64,000 bases of DNA from Thalia democratica (Eukaryota). The translations under genes and the position numbers were made by a program. The notes beneath the pieces are model-generated. The model searched no databases, had not been told where the DNA came from, and saw nothing but the letters and a program-made list of their open reading frames with translations. Location of the stretch: NCBI GenBank assembly GCA_965202585.1, contig OZ241832.1:46128001-46192000 (forward strand), written 5' to 3'. This document shows, piece after piece, positions 12,801 to 27,800 of the stretch (position 1 is its first letter; the number at the start of each line of letters is the position of its first letter).

Positions 12801-15800
12801 CTTAGTTAAAACTCAACAAAATAAGATCAAATTGTGAAAAAAAGTTGTTTACAACACCCCTATGCCCTTAATTTTTTGTTTTGTATAACAATTGTCAATC
12901 TGTTGTATTTGAAAATAGGGTTTGAATATAGTCCTAAATCTCATTTTTAGTAGGTTTTAAGCATTGATAAACATGTTTTATTTGTAAAACTCTAATTATT
13001 TTTATGATTGACATGAAGTTAAAATATGCTGTTATCTGATAAATAGATAACTTATATGTATAGCTCACATAAAAATCTTTAAGAAGTATCGTGCTGAAAA
13101 ATCAGAAAGGAACAATACAAAAATTTAATTTTCCTAAAATAAACTTCCACAGTTTTCTTCTCAAATTTTTGCTTATTAGAAATACATACTTATCCGGAAA
13201 TATGATTTTTTATATATATTTTTATTTTTTTTAAATCATAGAGTTAAAATACAGTCAATTATGAGCATTCAAATCCTTATAGCATTTTTAAAGATAGTTT
13301 ATATAATTCTTATACATAAAACAAATGTCAGTAACTTATCACATTTAAGTGGATTGGTTTTGTAGTACTGTTTTTTAATATCCAGGTTAAATTTAAACTC
13401 ATGAAAAATTATTAAATGCAATATAACTGTTTATAATCTATCATGTTTTACAAGTTGGAACTATTTAGGTAGTTTGTTTTAATATTTTATTACTTGTTTA
13501 TGTAAAGACTTAAAAATTGATATTTTGTAACTGAATGAAATTTTTTTCTAAATATATTTAAAGTAGATCACGTAAAACAATTTTGTAGTGTAAGTTTACT
13601 GTTTTTATTAACTAAAACTACAAAGAAAAAACATATTTTTTACATTTAAAATTTTCAACTTTAAATTCAATCTTTCAAAGTAATAAAAGTATAATAATTT
13701 ATTCCAAGTTTAAAATTTATTGATCAGATGGGTTTGGTATAGATACTAAAAAAAATATTTAAGAAAAAAAGCTTAAGATGATTAGACATCTTATTTAGAA
13801 TTGTAACTGTTCATAATTTAAGATTAATTTTTTTTTTTAATATTAATACTATTACATTTTTATGTTTAGTTAAATTATATTGTAGAATGTTAGATATTAC
13901 ACATAAAATTTTAACGCTGAAGCTCAACTTAACTTTCATTAAATTCATTAAAAAAAAAAAAGTAATTCATAGTCTCAAACTAAAAAAAAAATTATCCCAA
14001 TTCTAACTTGGTTGTAATTCTATTTAAAAACTTTTAGCTATGGAGTTATGTTGTGGGAGATGCTTACTGGAGATCAACCGTACAAAGACATGGAGATGCA
14101 GAGAATATGCTTTGGAATCGGCCACAACAAACTCACATTGCCAATTCCTAACGGCTGTCCCGACCATTTGAAAGAATTGCTCCAACGTTAGTTTTATAAA
14201 ATAGATTATTTTGGTTGCTGATTTGAAATAATATCGTTTAGTTTTAGGATGACCTAGTTTTTTTGTGGCGGTTAATATATATTCAAAAAATTTTATGATT
14301 AAAAATGTTGTAAGCATCATTTTATGTTTTAAATATCAAAAATAAATATGTCGAACATTTTTATGAAGATCTTACAATAAAAAAAAAAGACATGCACAAT
14401 TTAGAAACTATAATATATTTATACTAGAAAATCTATTAAGTTTATATTTACTTATTGTCTAACTTTTATTGCGTTACGCCGTTACCCTGCTGAGCAGTTC
14501 ATCAGACGCTAAAAAAAGCTTATTCAAATAGAAAAACTATTAAGTTTACCTAAATACAAATCTTAATAAAAAACAAAACAAAAACTAAGTAAAATAAATG
14601 TTTTATTTTTATTTTTGGTGAATATAATGCTAAAAGTTAGTGATCTACCGGATCTTCTATTTAAGATCCGGTCGGGTCCGATTCCGGATCTTTTTTCTAA
14701 GTTAAGATCCGACCGTGTCCGGTTTCGGATCCATTTTTTAATTTAAAATCCGGCCTTTTCCGGATCCTAAATGTTTTAAGTTTTATGTAATTTTAATAGA
14801 GAACAAACATATAAAGTTTAATTATTATAATACCATTGATTGGTAAAAATTGTTTAATACAAATATTTTGTTGAAAAAATTACAATGTTATTGTCTTTAT
14901 ATTTTGTTTGAACACTAGGAAAAAGAACGTTGTAAAAAAACAATAAGCCTACCTATACAAAATCTCAGTTTAAATGTTAAATTTAAAGCTACTTATACGA
15001 CTAATTTTGAATTTTGTACTTTGAAGACGTAAAAGAAAATTAAATTTTACAATGCTTTAAAACAGGGTTTTCTAAACTTTTTTTTGCAAATAGCCCCCTT
15101 TAAAAAAATTTAAAAAGCCATAGCCCCCTTCAACAAGATTACTCAAAAACTACACCTATAACCTTTTTTTGCTCTTCATCTGCAACTCGAGAATATCTAG
15201 TGTAAGTTTCAAATTATGACCTCATGGCCCCCCTCTTACCCCTTTGCTGCTCGTGACCCCCTGAGTATCTGTCATGACCCACTTTGTGAACCCTGCTTTA
15301 AAAAGATAACGAATTTTTTTATGATAGGCTCTACGTTAGACTTTTACTTACAATAGCTTCTCTAGCAACTGTTTAAGTATACAAAAGTAAGTAATTTAGT
15401 ATATAACATTTACTCATATCAACGCCATTAAGCTACAAAGAAACCTATTCTTGTTTTTTTAAGAAGTTTTTCGGCGGTTTTTGGAAGCAATCGATTTCGC
15501 TTTTGTTCGTACAAGTTACTAGCTTCTGAAAATAACATTTCAGAATAAACAGAAGATGGTGGTACTGAAAGATACCTTTTTGCAAACCTGGCAAGGTGTG
15601 TGTATTTTTTGTTGTTTGAGTTCCACTAAGACAAGACTTCAGCTTCTTTAACCTCTTCAGCAAACAAATTTTCTTCAGCCAAAAAAGTTTTGATTTCTAT
15701 CTCAATTTCCTGATCACCTGAATCTTGTTGCTCTTGAGTGTTTGCACTTCTTTCCGATTTAAATGTAGAATAGAACAACAACTATTTTTTGGTAATATCA

Positions 15801-18800
15801 TTTGTAGGTATTTGAGCTTTAGGCAGTACTAGAGGAACTTGACCACTTTGACCAGTCTCACGACAACTATGATTTTTTACTTCTGATTTCAGTAGCCTTA
15901 CAACCTTCTGTTTGGGATTAGCAGAGAGAAAGTCAAGTCAATACCGTGGATCAACAGATGTTGTTAGTAAAAACAAGTCGTTATCATAAAAAATTATTCG
16001 TGTGCTGTTATTAGAAGTATTAAACCTTCTTTCGAAAGATTCTTCTATATTTTCTGCCAAGGTTGTAGAACTACTTTGATCTAGACCTGGTGGAATATTA
16101 GCTTTATGATTAAAAAACTGTTTTAGTACTGCTGCATGCGGAATTACACTTGACAGCAATGCGTTGTTTTTACTACACTTCTGGCGTTACTATATAAAAA
16201 GGTTCGAGCAGTTCATTAAAGAGGCTAACAAGTTTTCATTCATCAGCTGTAAGAATGTTTTCGGGTTTAAATTTGTTGTTAGCCACGTAGTTCCGGACAC
16301 TTGTTTTTAATTTTTCTAATCTTTTCAGCATTAAGTAGGTTGAGTTCCACCTTGTTTCAACATCTTGCACAAGTAACAAGGCTTTTTGCATTGATACTGA
16401 TGAACCTAAAGTGACCTGGATTTTTTTAGTCGCTCGCACGCTGTACAAGAATGGTTAAAGTGACCAATAGTTTGACGGGCCTTGGCTATTAATACACTTA
16501 TGTTACTTTCTGAAAACAGTTAATCTTTAATTATCAGTTAAAGCGTAAATGAAATAGGGTGCTGAAGGATCTAACATCAGCATACCAGCCTTCATGTTAA
16601 ATGCATTGTCGCGCAGAAAAACGTGAATGCGAATCACATTGATACCCTAATTTTCTAGCATCTCCTTTATGTTTTCACAAATATTAAAGTCAGTGTGAGA
16701 ATCTTTTATTTCCTTACAACGTTAAATTCAGTGTTCGTACTTAAAGCTTTCATTTAAGCAATGCGCTCTTAAGGAAAGATAAGATCTCTTAGTCTACGAA
16801 TTTGCCCACATGTCACTTATAAATGACAAAAACGAAGCTTCTGATAACTCAGTTTGTATTTTTATCAGTAAACTGTCATAAGTCTGAGGAAGCAGTATCA
16901 GTGAGGTATTTGGTGCTCGGAATCAAGTAACCTGGCTCTAAAGTAGCCAACAGGTCTATGGAACCTTGATCGCTAGTAATAGAAAATGGTTGGTTGTCAA
17001 TAGCAATCATGCTCATAAATTTTTATGAATTTTGATTGCTTTTTGATCGTTTATTTTCCATTGTTTAACAGGGCGATAACTCTAGATATACTAGCTTGAT
17101 TCATTGCTGTTAGCTTCCTTTGGAGTTGGGAACGAACTATCGCTGACTGATTTATTGGATGATGATAATGATTTTCTAGCCTCTGAAATTTCTCTTTGAT
17201 GTTTTGAATTCAAATGCTTTAGTAAAAAAAGAAGTGCTGTACGAATTAGTATTACCTATTTCAATGAGTTTATTGCAAAGACTGCAAATAAGGGTCTTCC
17301 TCGCTTACGTTGAAAAATTTCCATGCAATTGACATTTTTAATTAAGGAGAAATAAACGTTGCAGCTGTTAGAAATTAAATATGGTATTATTAGTCTTATA
17401 TTTTTACAGAGTTGCCAATCTTTTTGCCAATGAAACTGTACTGAGTCAACTTGAGTTTTATCAAATGCTTTAAGATGTTTTTCTAAATTTTCAAAATTAA
17501 TAAAATTCAAGTTTTTATCAAAAAATATGGTTATAAAAAATTAAATTTACTTAAATCTTACTTAAATTAAAATCTAGAATATATATTTTCTGAAATTTTA
17601 AAAGTTCTCTAATTTACAAAACTATCCTGAGTATCCTGACCGTGTGTAAACCCTGTTTCTAATTACTTTTTTAAAAAAGAACCAAATCATATCTCCCTAA
17701 ATTTATTATAATGGAACTAAAAAAATATTTCTACTAAAAAACTTTTTTAAATTTGCATCAAAAGTATATTAAATAATGGTCATAATTAAGATGAGTACTT
17801 GATAAATTTTTGATAAACTACTGTATGAACCTGCATTTTTACAACAAATGATTAATTAACTAAAATTTAATATAGTCTGTTTCGCTTGACTAATGTTATA
17901 TATAAAATATTCAAACCACGATAATCTAAGTATATGAAACTGAATTAAGCAGATTGCGGAAAACAAAATCTTTTTCAAACTAACTGGATCCGGACCCGGC
18001 CAAATTTCAGCTGGGATCCGGCCGGTTCCGGATATTTTATTAAAATTAGAATCCGGCCGGATCTGGTTCCAGGCAAAAGATGGGCGGTTCCGCTTCCGGA
18101 TCTTGGATCCGGTAGATCACTACTTAAAGTGCAATACTAGTAGAAGTGCAAATTTAAGAATTATTGAAAGTGTTGTTTATACTCTTTAGATTGGGTATTC
18201 GGTTTTAAAGAAATAATTTCAATACTGATTTTACAGCTTAAATTTAGTAGAAAAAATATGCAAAATAATAATTCTTGTTTGTTATTCTTATTTAATTTGA
18301 TGTTTAAAATCATTTATAAAAGGCTTTATAAGATTTAGATTATTCTTAACATACATAAACGATGTTAAGGCCATAGGGGGGGGGGGTAGGCCATGTTTTT
18401 TACAAGTTGATCTTATTTTATAGAGTTTTTACTAAGCTTCAAGTTGCTTTTTACCGTTTTTAAAAATTCGAATTAGTTTTTGAGATATGACCGGCCAAAG
18501 TCGGGCCGCATAACAGGTTCCTTATGGGGAAGGAAAAACTAAAACGGCGAAAAAAGACTAATGCATTCAAAATCTATCTCCTCCTTCATTTTTTAAGCAA
18601 TCTTCTTCAAACTTTCACAGTCTATTCTTTATACAATAACAAAAAAACTTTATTTGTGACTTTAAAAAATTTCAAGTAAAAATACCTTTTTTTTGAAAAA
18701 AAAAAATTTTTTGATAAAAAATCACTTTTTTTTTTTGTCATAAAATTTTCATTTTTTAAAATTATTAAAATTCACAAATAACGTTTTTTTCTCATAATGT

Positions 18801-21800
18801 AAGAAACATTTCCTGAAAATTTGAAGAAGATTGCTTGAAAAATGAAGGAGAAGATAGATTTTAAAGCCCGTTTTTAAAAACTCGAGAAAAACGGCTTTAA
18901 AGTTACCCTTTATATACCCTTTATAAAGACAACCCTTTATATAACCGGTCATAAAAAAAAAGTTACTTAATATTTTTAAGATCTAAAAAAAGCATCTGAA
19001 AGATTATGAAATTTACTATAAAATAAGTCTATATGTTATTTTTGGTCAAAAAATGGCTTCTACCCCCTCCCTATGGCCTTAAGTTAAGCTAAAAAAATAA
19101 TTACAAAGTTTTAATTTAAATCAAATAACATAGTTTATACTTATTTGATGGTGAAATTAAAACATTTGAGAACTAACACTTTTAAAACTTATACTTTTTA
19201 TTTTTGTTTTTCACATAGTTTGTAATCAAGTTGAAGTAGAAAATTAGATAACTGTTATATAGTTAAGTGTGCTGAAACTATTTAGTTAAAACATGTTATA
19301 TTTTTGAGTTGGTATGTGTAGTGTATTAATTTAAACAAAATAAGAATTTTGTAAACTGAAGTCAATAGTTGAACTATTAGAATTTTACCTTGTATACATT
19401 TTTTGTTTCCTTAGTATGTTAAATTTTAGAAACTTGGCTGACATGCGTAAGTTAATGTCTTTTTAAACTTTATAAGCTTTGTTTGTTTAAGTAAAACAGT
19501 AATTTGATATTCTATGATAAGTTTTAATTCATTGTTTGTAGGTAAAAGCTATCATTTGAGTTACAAAAGTTAAAAATTTGTTCCTGTACTGTTTAAAAAT
19601 GCATGTTTATTTAGTGCTAGATTTTATTGCTTATATGTACATGATAGTATAAAAATATTTATGTAAATAACGCTTCACTTAAAGTACAAATGCAAATACA
19701 TTTGTTATATTTGTCAGCATAACTAAAAACATATTTAAAATTTAAGTTCTCGTTTGATGGTTATAAGTGTAAAAAAAAAAAATAATTTTTAAGTTGTTTA
19801 TAATTTTCTCAAAGCTTTTTGATACAAGTTTTGTATCCTTTGTTAAGTGGTAGATGAAGTTAGGTACACTTTAACAAAATTAACAATTTTAAAATTTTTA
19901 TGTATAAGTATTACGACGTATCAATAATAAAATTTGAAAAAAATTTAGCGAGTAAAATTAAAGAAGAATCAAAGCAAGAGAATGTTAATAAATGATTTTT
20001 TTTTACTTTTCCCTTTTCCACAAGTGTTTTATTTATTTTATTGAAAGAACAGAAACCTAAGAAAATCTTTCTAAAGTGATATATATTAGAAATTTAGTTT
20101 ATTATGTTATCCATAAACATTTACTGCTTATATTAAAACTGTAGTAGGCTCACAAAAAATAAACTATGAGTCACACAATTATACAGCGTGCATAATTATA
20201 TTGGAGTTTGTCTGATATTTAATTAAAAAATCGAAATATAAAACTTGTGTACAAAAAACAGCTGTTTTTAATTGTTCTTTCACAATATGTTGTTTAGTTT
20301 ATGTGAATTTACTTTAAACTATTTGTTTTGTTTATTTTTCTAGATAGGTTTTATTACATATTTAACGCTATCATAATAATCCAAAATGTAATTAAGTATT
20401 TGAACAAAAATATATACTTTTTGTATTTATTAGGTAGTTTGTATTTATTTTTCTTTTTAAAAGTGATTTGTTAAAAAAAATAACAAAAATTAAAAAAAAT
20501 AACTTAATAGTTTGTTATATTCTGTATAGGTTTTAGATTTATATACAGTATATTAGTATAATTTTAATGTTCGAGTGTTTAGTGTGTTTTGAAAAAAAAA
20601 AGGTATAAGATTCAGTGTTATAATACTTATTTAATATCAACAAAAAATGATGTGCATTTGAAGCAAAAAGTAAATTAAAATTTAAAATAGTTATGAAATA
20701 GTTAAAAAGTATCTAAAAATCGAATTTTTTGGTTATGTTCATCTTAAAAAAAAACCATTGTTGACATAGTTTTGTTTTTTATTCTGATATAAGATTTTAA
20801 GAATAGTTAAAGTGCAGATAATTGCAAACTAAAATCTTGATTTAACAGAGTGCTGGTCGAAGGAGCCCCACATGCGGCCGAGTTTCGCCACCATCATTTC
20901 CAAGCTGCAAACGTTGGCCGAGTCGGACTTTGTCGAAATTCCCATCAGTATGTTTTCCGACATGCAGGAAAACTGGAAAGTCGAGGTCAAATCGATTATT
21001 GAAGATCTTCGGGTAAAAGAACAGGTTGGTTGTCTGCGAGAAACTTATGTAACGTCAGTGGTAAGAATAAATTTCATTTAGCTGGTTTTTAGTTATGTTG
21101 AAAGATATAGTTTACTGTACCTTAAATCATTTTCAAAATAAAATAAAATTTACAGTTTTTATCAAAGCATAAACTTTTTGTATTAAGTAAATAACAAACA
21201 CAATTTTAAAATAGTATGTATTGTATATACAAATACTTGTGTATTTTAAAAACTTTAAATAATCAAGTAAAATGTATCTTATCGAAAGAAGAAAAGTTAT
21301 TTAATATTTAATTTTTTTATGTTTTACTTAATTTAAAAGCAAAATTGTGTTAAAACTAGTTTTAGTTATGCTTCCTTAGTTATATATATAAAGTAATAAA
21401 TAAAACTATTGCTGCAAAAATTTGTTTAATATATTGATTTGAGATTACTAAAAAATAGTTGGTGTTTTATTTAGTAATATTAAGTATTCTACATTGCATA
21501 AAAATATAACAGATACTAATCTGTTTATTTCTGAAACTTATTATTACTTAATAGTTTTTTTTAACTTTTCTAGGTTTGTTTGTATAATTATTATAATCTA
21601 TGATCATAGATAGCAAAAAGTAATATTCTTATTAGCATTAGTATGCTAAAAAATTCAATAATAATAGGTTTACTTGTTTTTATGCCTGAATTTGTTTTAT
21701 ATTATCAGTTGGTAGTTTTTTTTGACTTGACAATCACAATAAACATTTAGAAGTATTTGAACATTGTGTTTACTTTTAGTATATTTACTGTATAAAATGT

Positions 21801-24800
21801 CAAAATTATGAACTAAATTCTAATACTGGTTATTGTTTGTCAAAATACTTAAACTACAGTTAAAAAATAAGTAAAATAGTAAGCGTTATTTAAATTAATA
21901 TTTACTTATAAACTAATTTTTTTATTTAATTTTGGTTTATTATTAAACATTAAAGTACATTTTAGTTTTTATTATACTTAAGCGTTTTATCTAAATGCAG
22001 AGACTATTTGAGGAGTACGAAGAAATACAAAAAGAACAAGAAAGGCAGCGCAAGATTCAAAAAAGGCTGATAAAGCAAATTGCTGAAGTTCACCAAAGAG
22101 AAATCAACGTCGTTGCTAGGGAAATGTCGTTGCATAACAACAACAAAAAGCTTGAAAATGCTCGCTACAACAAACCCAGGCCACCTAAGCGATTGGGAAA
22201 ATTCAAAAGAAGCAAGCTTCTTAAATTGGGAGGAATCAGTGAACCTTCAGGTATTATTGATAAGCTGTTTAGTATGATATTTATTTAATTTAACTTTTAT
22301 GCGTTATGTTTTTAAACATTTCATTGAAAAAAAGTAATATAACCACTAAAGCTTCTCCTTACTTGAACTATTCAAAAAACAAAACGATTTTTAGTAATAT
22401 GTATTTTTAACACTGTTTTATTTGACGATAAATTTTGTCTTTTGGTTTATACATTGTTTTTATTAATTATTAAGTTAAATCTTATTTATAAGAACGTTAA
22501 AAAATATTAATTTAATAGCATAAAGTGTTTACTTAAAAATATAAGTTTAACCTTAAAAAATTTAAGCTGCATAACTTGAAAATGCAAAAATTATACTTTT
22601 CTGCTAAGTTTACAAATAATCAATAATCTTGCAAATAAGTTGAGAGTATATGAAGTTTGATATTTAGAACAACTAATTGAAGTTTATAAATTAGATGAGT
22701 TTTTATTAACTGTAAAAGTTTACTTTAGTTTCATTAACTTTAGTTTAACGGTCAACAATAAGTAAATAAACTTCTAATTGTAAGCTGAATTAACTTTTTT
22801 GTTTATTTTGAGTATTACTTTTCTAGTTCAATTAGCAAAAAGCTCGTGTTTATAATAAATTGTCAGATTATAAACCAAAACTGTTGTTCACATTTAAAAT
22901 TGACCACGTTTATTTAGACTCAATGGGTAAATAAAGTTTAAAATGACTTCTTTATTTTTGATTGAGATAAGTGTTATAAACCGCAAGTGTTATGATGTTA
23001 ACCAGTTCGACGCACAACTACTTTATTTTTCCATGCATGAGTGAGCTCTAACCTTTTTTTTTAGCATTTTGTGACGCATTTTTACGTTTTAAATTCTCTA
23101 TACGTCTCGAGAATAGTCTTATCTATTAATGCTAAAATGTTATATGTTTTGAAGTTGTTAAATTTTTTTTCTACTGACCTCTTGTTTAGCTTTCAATTCA
23201 TCTAAAAAGTTTTTTTTTTTTAATTTACCGCCCGAATTTAAGGTTTTGGACTCAAAGTTATAATTCCTTCTTTTGCATATTGCATCACTAAATTTATACC
23301 CTTTTTTTATTTTTTAAGTTCCTTCGTATACAATTTTTGTTCTTACTCGTTTAAAAAACACGTTTAATGTTGTTATATTGATTTAAAAAAAAGTTCTAAA
23401 ACACCCTTAGTTTTGTGGTTAAATATAGGTTTATTCATTTTTAAGGTTTTGAAAACATTAATATTTTGTATTGAAATAAATGGATCCTTTTTTCAAACTA
23501 AATGTTAAAAAAAAAAATTTGTAGCAAATTTTACAATATAAATACTGCATAATTTATTAAGCGAGATATTTTCTTCGTTATAAAGTTGCTGCATGTTTTG
23601 CACAGATTTTCGCCACAGACAAACCGTGAAAGTGACCGACCTGGAAGGGAGTTCCCCGAACATGAGCGAAAACGAGGAGAGTGGCAGGGACGAAAACGGG
23701 GAAGTCCCTCATCTGTCGCGTTACACCTTTCTGGAAAGTACGTTTGATAAGCCTGTTGTTGCCATAATTGTATAACTCATAATATTTTCCAAACCATTTA
23801 AAAAAATTGAAGGTTTGTGTAAAAAGCTTGGAAACTATAAACAACAAGTATAACTGTTTCATAAAGTTTTTAGTATATTTAATTAAACGTGTTAAAAGAA
23901 TGCGGTCAAGTAATTTGATTAGCAAAATTGTATACCTCATATTTGTTTTGTATTTGATTACAAGATAAAGAGTATTCTTATATAAAATTTCATCTGGTAC
24001 ACAACTATAATTTAAAATTTAATACGGCGTCTAGAAAAAAAAGTTTTTGATTTACATTCTTATTTATTTTTATTGCGTTGTAGTAAGTTGAATTGCATTT
24101 TTTTACTTTATATATTAAATACACTACTTAAAATTAATTCAGTTTAAACTATGAACTAAGTAAGTAAAATATCTATGCAAAATAATATTAAAAAAAAATT
24201 ATAGTACAATCTTCATTTGATTTTATAATGGAAAAGTAGATTTATAAAATAAATAAAAAATATCATACAGTTTAAAGACGCTTGTAAAGAAAATCGTTTA
24301 ATAATTCATTATAAAATTCTAAATTTATTTACGTTTTTCCAATACTGTTCATAAACTAAACTTAAGTCATTAATTAATTTTATTTTAACTTATGTAGAAC
24401 TTTAAAATTAAGTATTTGAAAACTTCATTTTAAATTGCTTAATAAATGCAATAACGATTTATTTATCTTTTTGTTGTTTAATTTTGGAACAAGTTTTAAA
24501 ATTAAAAGTACTAATTTTGATTCTTAAACAACTTAACTAAATAACTAAATTATAACTAAATGTGGTTTTGTCGTCAGTAAGTTATGTAGTAATTAATATA
24601 ATACATTTAATAATAATAAGCCAACGTAATTTTGCGTGTCATAATAAAACAGTATTGGTCATCTTATAGTTGTTTTGATATAATGTTTAGTAAATTTCTT
24701 TGATACTATTTATAGAATGAAAGACAAGCTTTTAAAAACTTGAACAACGTTTTAACAATGTTTTCAACTTAAAATATTTTAAATTTAAAATATTTTTTTC

Positions 24801-27800
24801 AATTTACTAATAAAACATTTAAAGAATAATGTTTTACAAACTAGTATCGATTAATGATTGAAAGTATTTGACTAAAGTAATACTTAGTAGTTGGTTTTAT
24901 TTACTTTTTATTGAACTCAATATAGCATTATTATTAGGTCTATAAAAATATTAAAAAGTTTATTTTTTACACAAAATACTTACTACCCAGAAAGGTGAAT
25001 AGTTTAAATACGTCAATTATAGTTTAGTTAAAGAATAACAACTTTATACAATGCATGTTGTTTAACATCGTGATTAAAAGCACTTTGGTAGAATAAAACA
25101 CCAACTACTTGGTTGATTAATTCTTTTATAAACTATTATTCCACAATTTTCAAAGATTAAGATTATTAGTATTTAGATCCACCTCAAGAGTTAGAAAACA
25201 ACACCATGACGTTAGAAACAGCACGAAAACACCAAGAAGCCAAGTCACTTGCCGATCAAATACAATCCACTGCCGAAAAACCTTCAGGTTAGCAACAAGT
25301 ATGGCAGTGATTGCTGTTTACTGACTACTTTATTATACCGGATTTTACTTCGCGTGTTCAAGCGTTTGAAATTGAAAAGTTTAGGGAGCTAACACAACCA
25401 CAACTGAGTCAATAATGTTCAGTAACTAAACTGTAATTTCCAAAAAAAAAAACAAGTTTGATGACTTAGCCAGTAATTTTTATTCAGTAAATTTTTTGTT
25501 AATAGAAGTGCTGTAAATGTTTACACAAATAACTGGACAGTCTTTTATTGTTACTTCTTTTTATTGCTAAAAAGAATATATGTTTTTTGTAAAAACATGT
25601 TGATACTTAACATTTTTTAGTATTCTTCTTAATTCATAAAGTATGACATTTTGTTTTTATCTTTTCAAATGTTTCATAATAAGATTGTTGTTATATTTTT
25701 AGTTCTAAATTGACCAATATAACTTCTCAACTTACATGAATATAAGGAATAAATTTATCGAGATTTTATTAAAACAGAGTAATTATAAAAAAAATCTTTA
25801 GCCCTGTTATTTATAACTTAAATCTGAAAAAAGTAAATGAAATAAACAGTAGATATAAACAAAAAAAAGGTTGTGTAATTAGAAACTGTATTGATAAAAT
25901 GTCGATATTGAGGTTATTCGAAACTTTGAACTTTATTGAAATTATAATTGTATCTAACAAATACTGCAATAGAATATAATTTTGGTTTTAGTTAAAATAT
26001 TTAATACAAAGCTAAGAAAGTGCTAACCTATTAAAGCAGAAACTTGGAAGTTTTTTAATTTTATTATAATTGAATTAAAAAATAACATCACAGTTTCGAG
26101 CGAAACAAGTAACAATAAAGCTCTTAAATAATATTTTATTGAAAAGTCGAAACTTTTAAAGTCAAAGATTAGTAAAAGTTTTATTTTGTAGAAATAATCT
26201 TTAAAATGTTTTCATAGTTTGTAATATTTGTTTTCTAAGACTTCTATTATTGACTACGGTTCTTAAAGTTATCAAATGATAAAGTAGTAATTAAAAAAAA
26301 ACTCTACTTATTTAAAATATAAAAACAATATATTTATTCAGTTTGACATAATATTAGATAAACACTCTAAGATTAGTTTAAAAATAAGTAATGTTTTTTA
26401 ACTAGCTAAATATCGTAATCTTTGGGTCTTGAAATTTGAAATATAATTAATTATTTTTTTCTCTTTTTACTATTTTGTATCCCTAGTATTTCTGAGACAT
26501 ATATTACATGCATCACTGGCGTTATTGAGACTGTGAACCAATGTTTCAGTTTAATTGTTTTAGATTTTGTTAAGATTTTTAAATAAAGTTTTATTTTCTA
26601 AGGTCTTTTATATAAGACCAAAAGTTTCTTATTTTTTACTAACGTTTTAGTTTTTTTTTTTTTGTGTTAATAATTTTTTTCTATAAAACATTTTGTTTTT
26701 CAGAATCTAATAAAGATGAAAAGTCCTTAGTTACACCAGACTCGCCTCGGCTGTCAGTCTTATATGAAAGCGATGATTTAAACTCCACTAAACCTACACC
26801 GATGAGTAGCAAAGAAAATAGGTAAATTCGAAGAATATATTTTAAGTATTAATTGGAGATACTAATAAAACTAGTATTTTAAATTGTCTCATGTTTACCA
26901 ATTAACAATAACATCGGTGAAAGTCTGCAGAGCAGAAGCCTGGACTTTTGTATACCGTGAGGTTAGCTCAAGTTTAACTAAAGGGTTGATCATACCATTT
27001 CGACTATCAGACCGCAAGCCCTCGGTGAACTGAGACCGGTTTTGCCGTCATTGGGAATTATCAGACAGCCATAAGCGAAAAACTTGCAGTCTCCAATTTA
27101 CAAATAGTCTATGGTGCTTTCACATAAAGCAACCACTTGTTGGTATTGATCAGTGACGTCAGCATTATCTTTTGCCGTGCAGTGTTTAATAAATTGTCCA
27201 CTAGGCAAGACATCTGATACGCTCGTATTGAATACGATCAACAAAAAGTCTAAGTAGTGTTTAGTAATTATACTCAACTTTTAAATATTTACTTTGTACT
27301 AAGTTTTAGTTGCTCGTCTCAATATTTGTAAATTAATACAATTTCAAATAGACATTCCAAATTTTAAAGTTACCAAACCAAATGTAATTGAATTCTACAT
27401 AACAGCTGTTTAGGTTGCTTGTATTAAATCTACGACGCGTTTTTATTGCTGGTAATCATGAAATTACAGTGTGTATGTGCTTGATAACCATATATTATTT
27501 TATAAAATGCAAGTTTAGTTGTTATTTTCTAAAAAAAGTATTTAAAACATAAATAAACTTAGTTTTGTTTCAAATGAATAAATTAAACTTAAAAGAAGTG
27601 TAAGCATTTCACTATGTAAATTGTGAAATCGTTGTTTTTTAGGTTACTTGTTATTGAAGTAAGCATGGATTAAACTCAATTTTAGTAAACTCAATTTAGT
27701 TGTCGACAATAAAATTGAAGTGTCATTAAATAAAAACTAAATTATATATTATTTTTTTAATAGTTACTACTAGAAATTAAAAAAAAATCCATATCAAAAT

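Larger units (their letters stand above)
14638..18122 (-). mobile_element. Full-length decayed hAT transposon (ZBED/Ac-type)
   Basis: 17-bp TIR TAGTGATCTACCGGATC; near-perfect 8-bp TSD CTAAAAGT/CTTAAAGT; subterminal GATCCGG arrays at both ends; interrupted transposase on the minus strand. Confidence 0.92.

Noticed and set aside
23578-23940. Minus-strand ORFs over MLK exons (also 29074-29271, 32435-32924)
   Set aside because: Antisense shadows of GC-rich exons.
26931-26961. Possible 31-nt MLK micro-exon (CTGCAG|...GAG|GTTAGC)
   Set aside because: Phase 2-0 would break the frame into exon 9.
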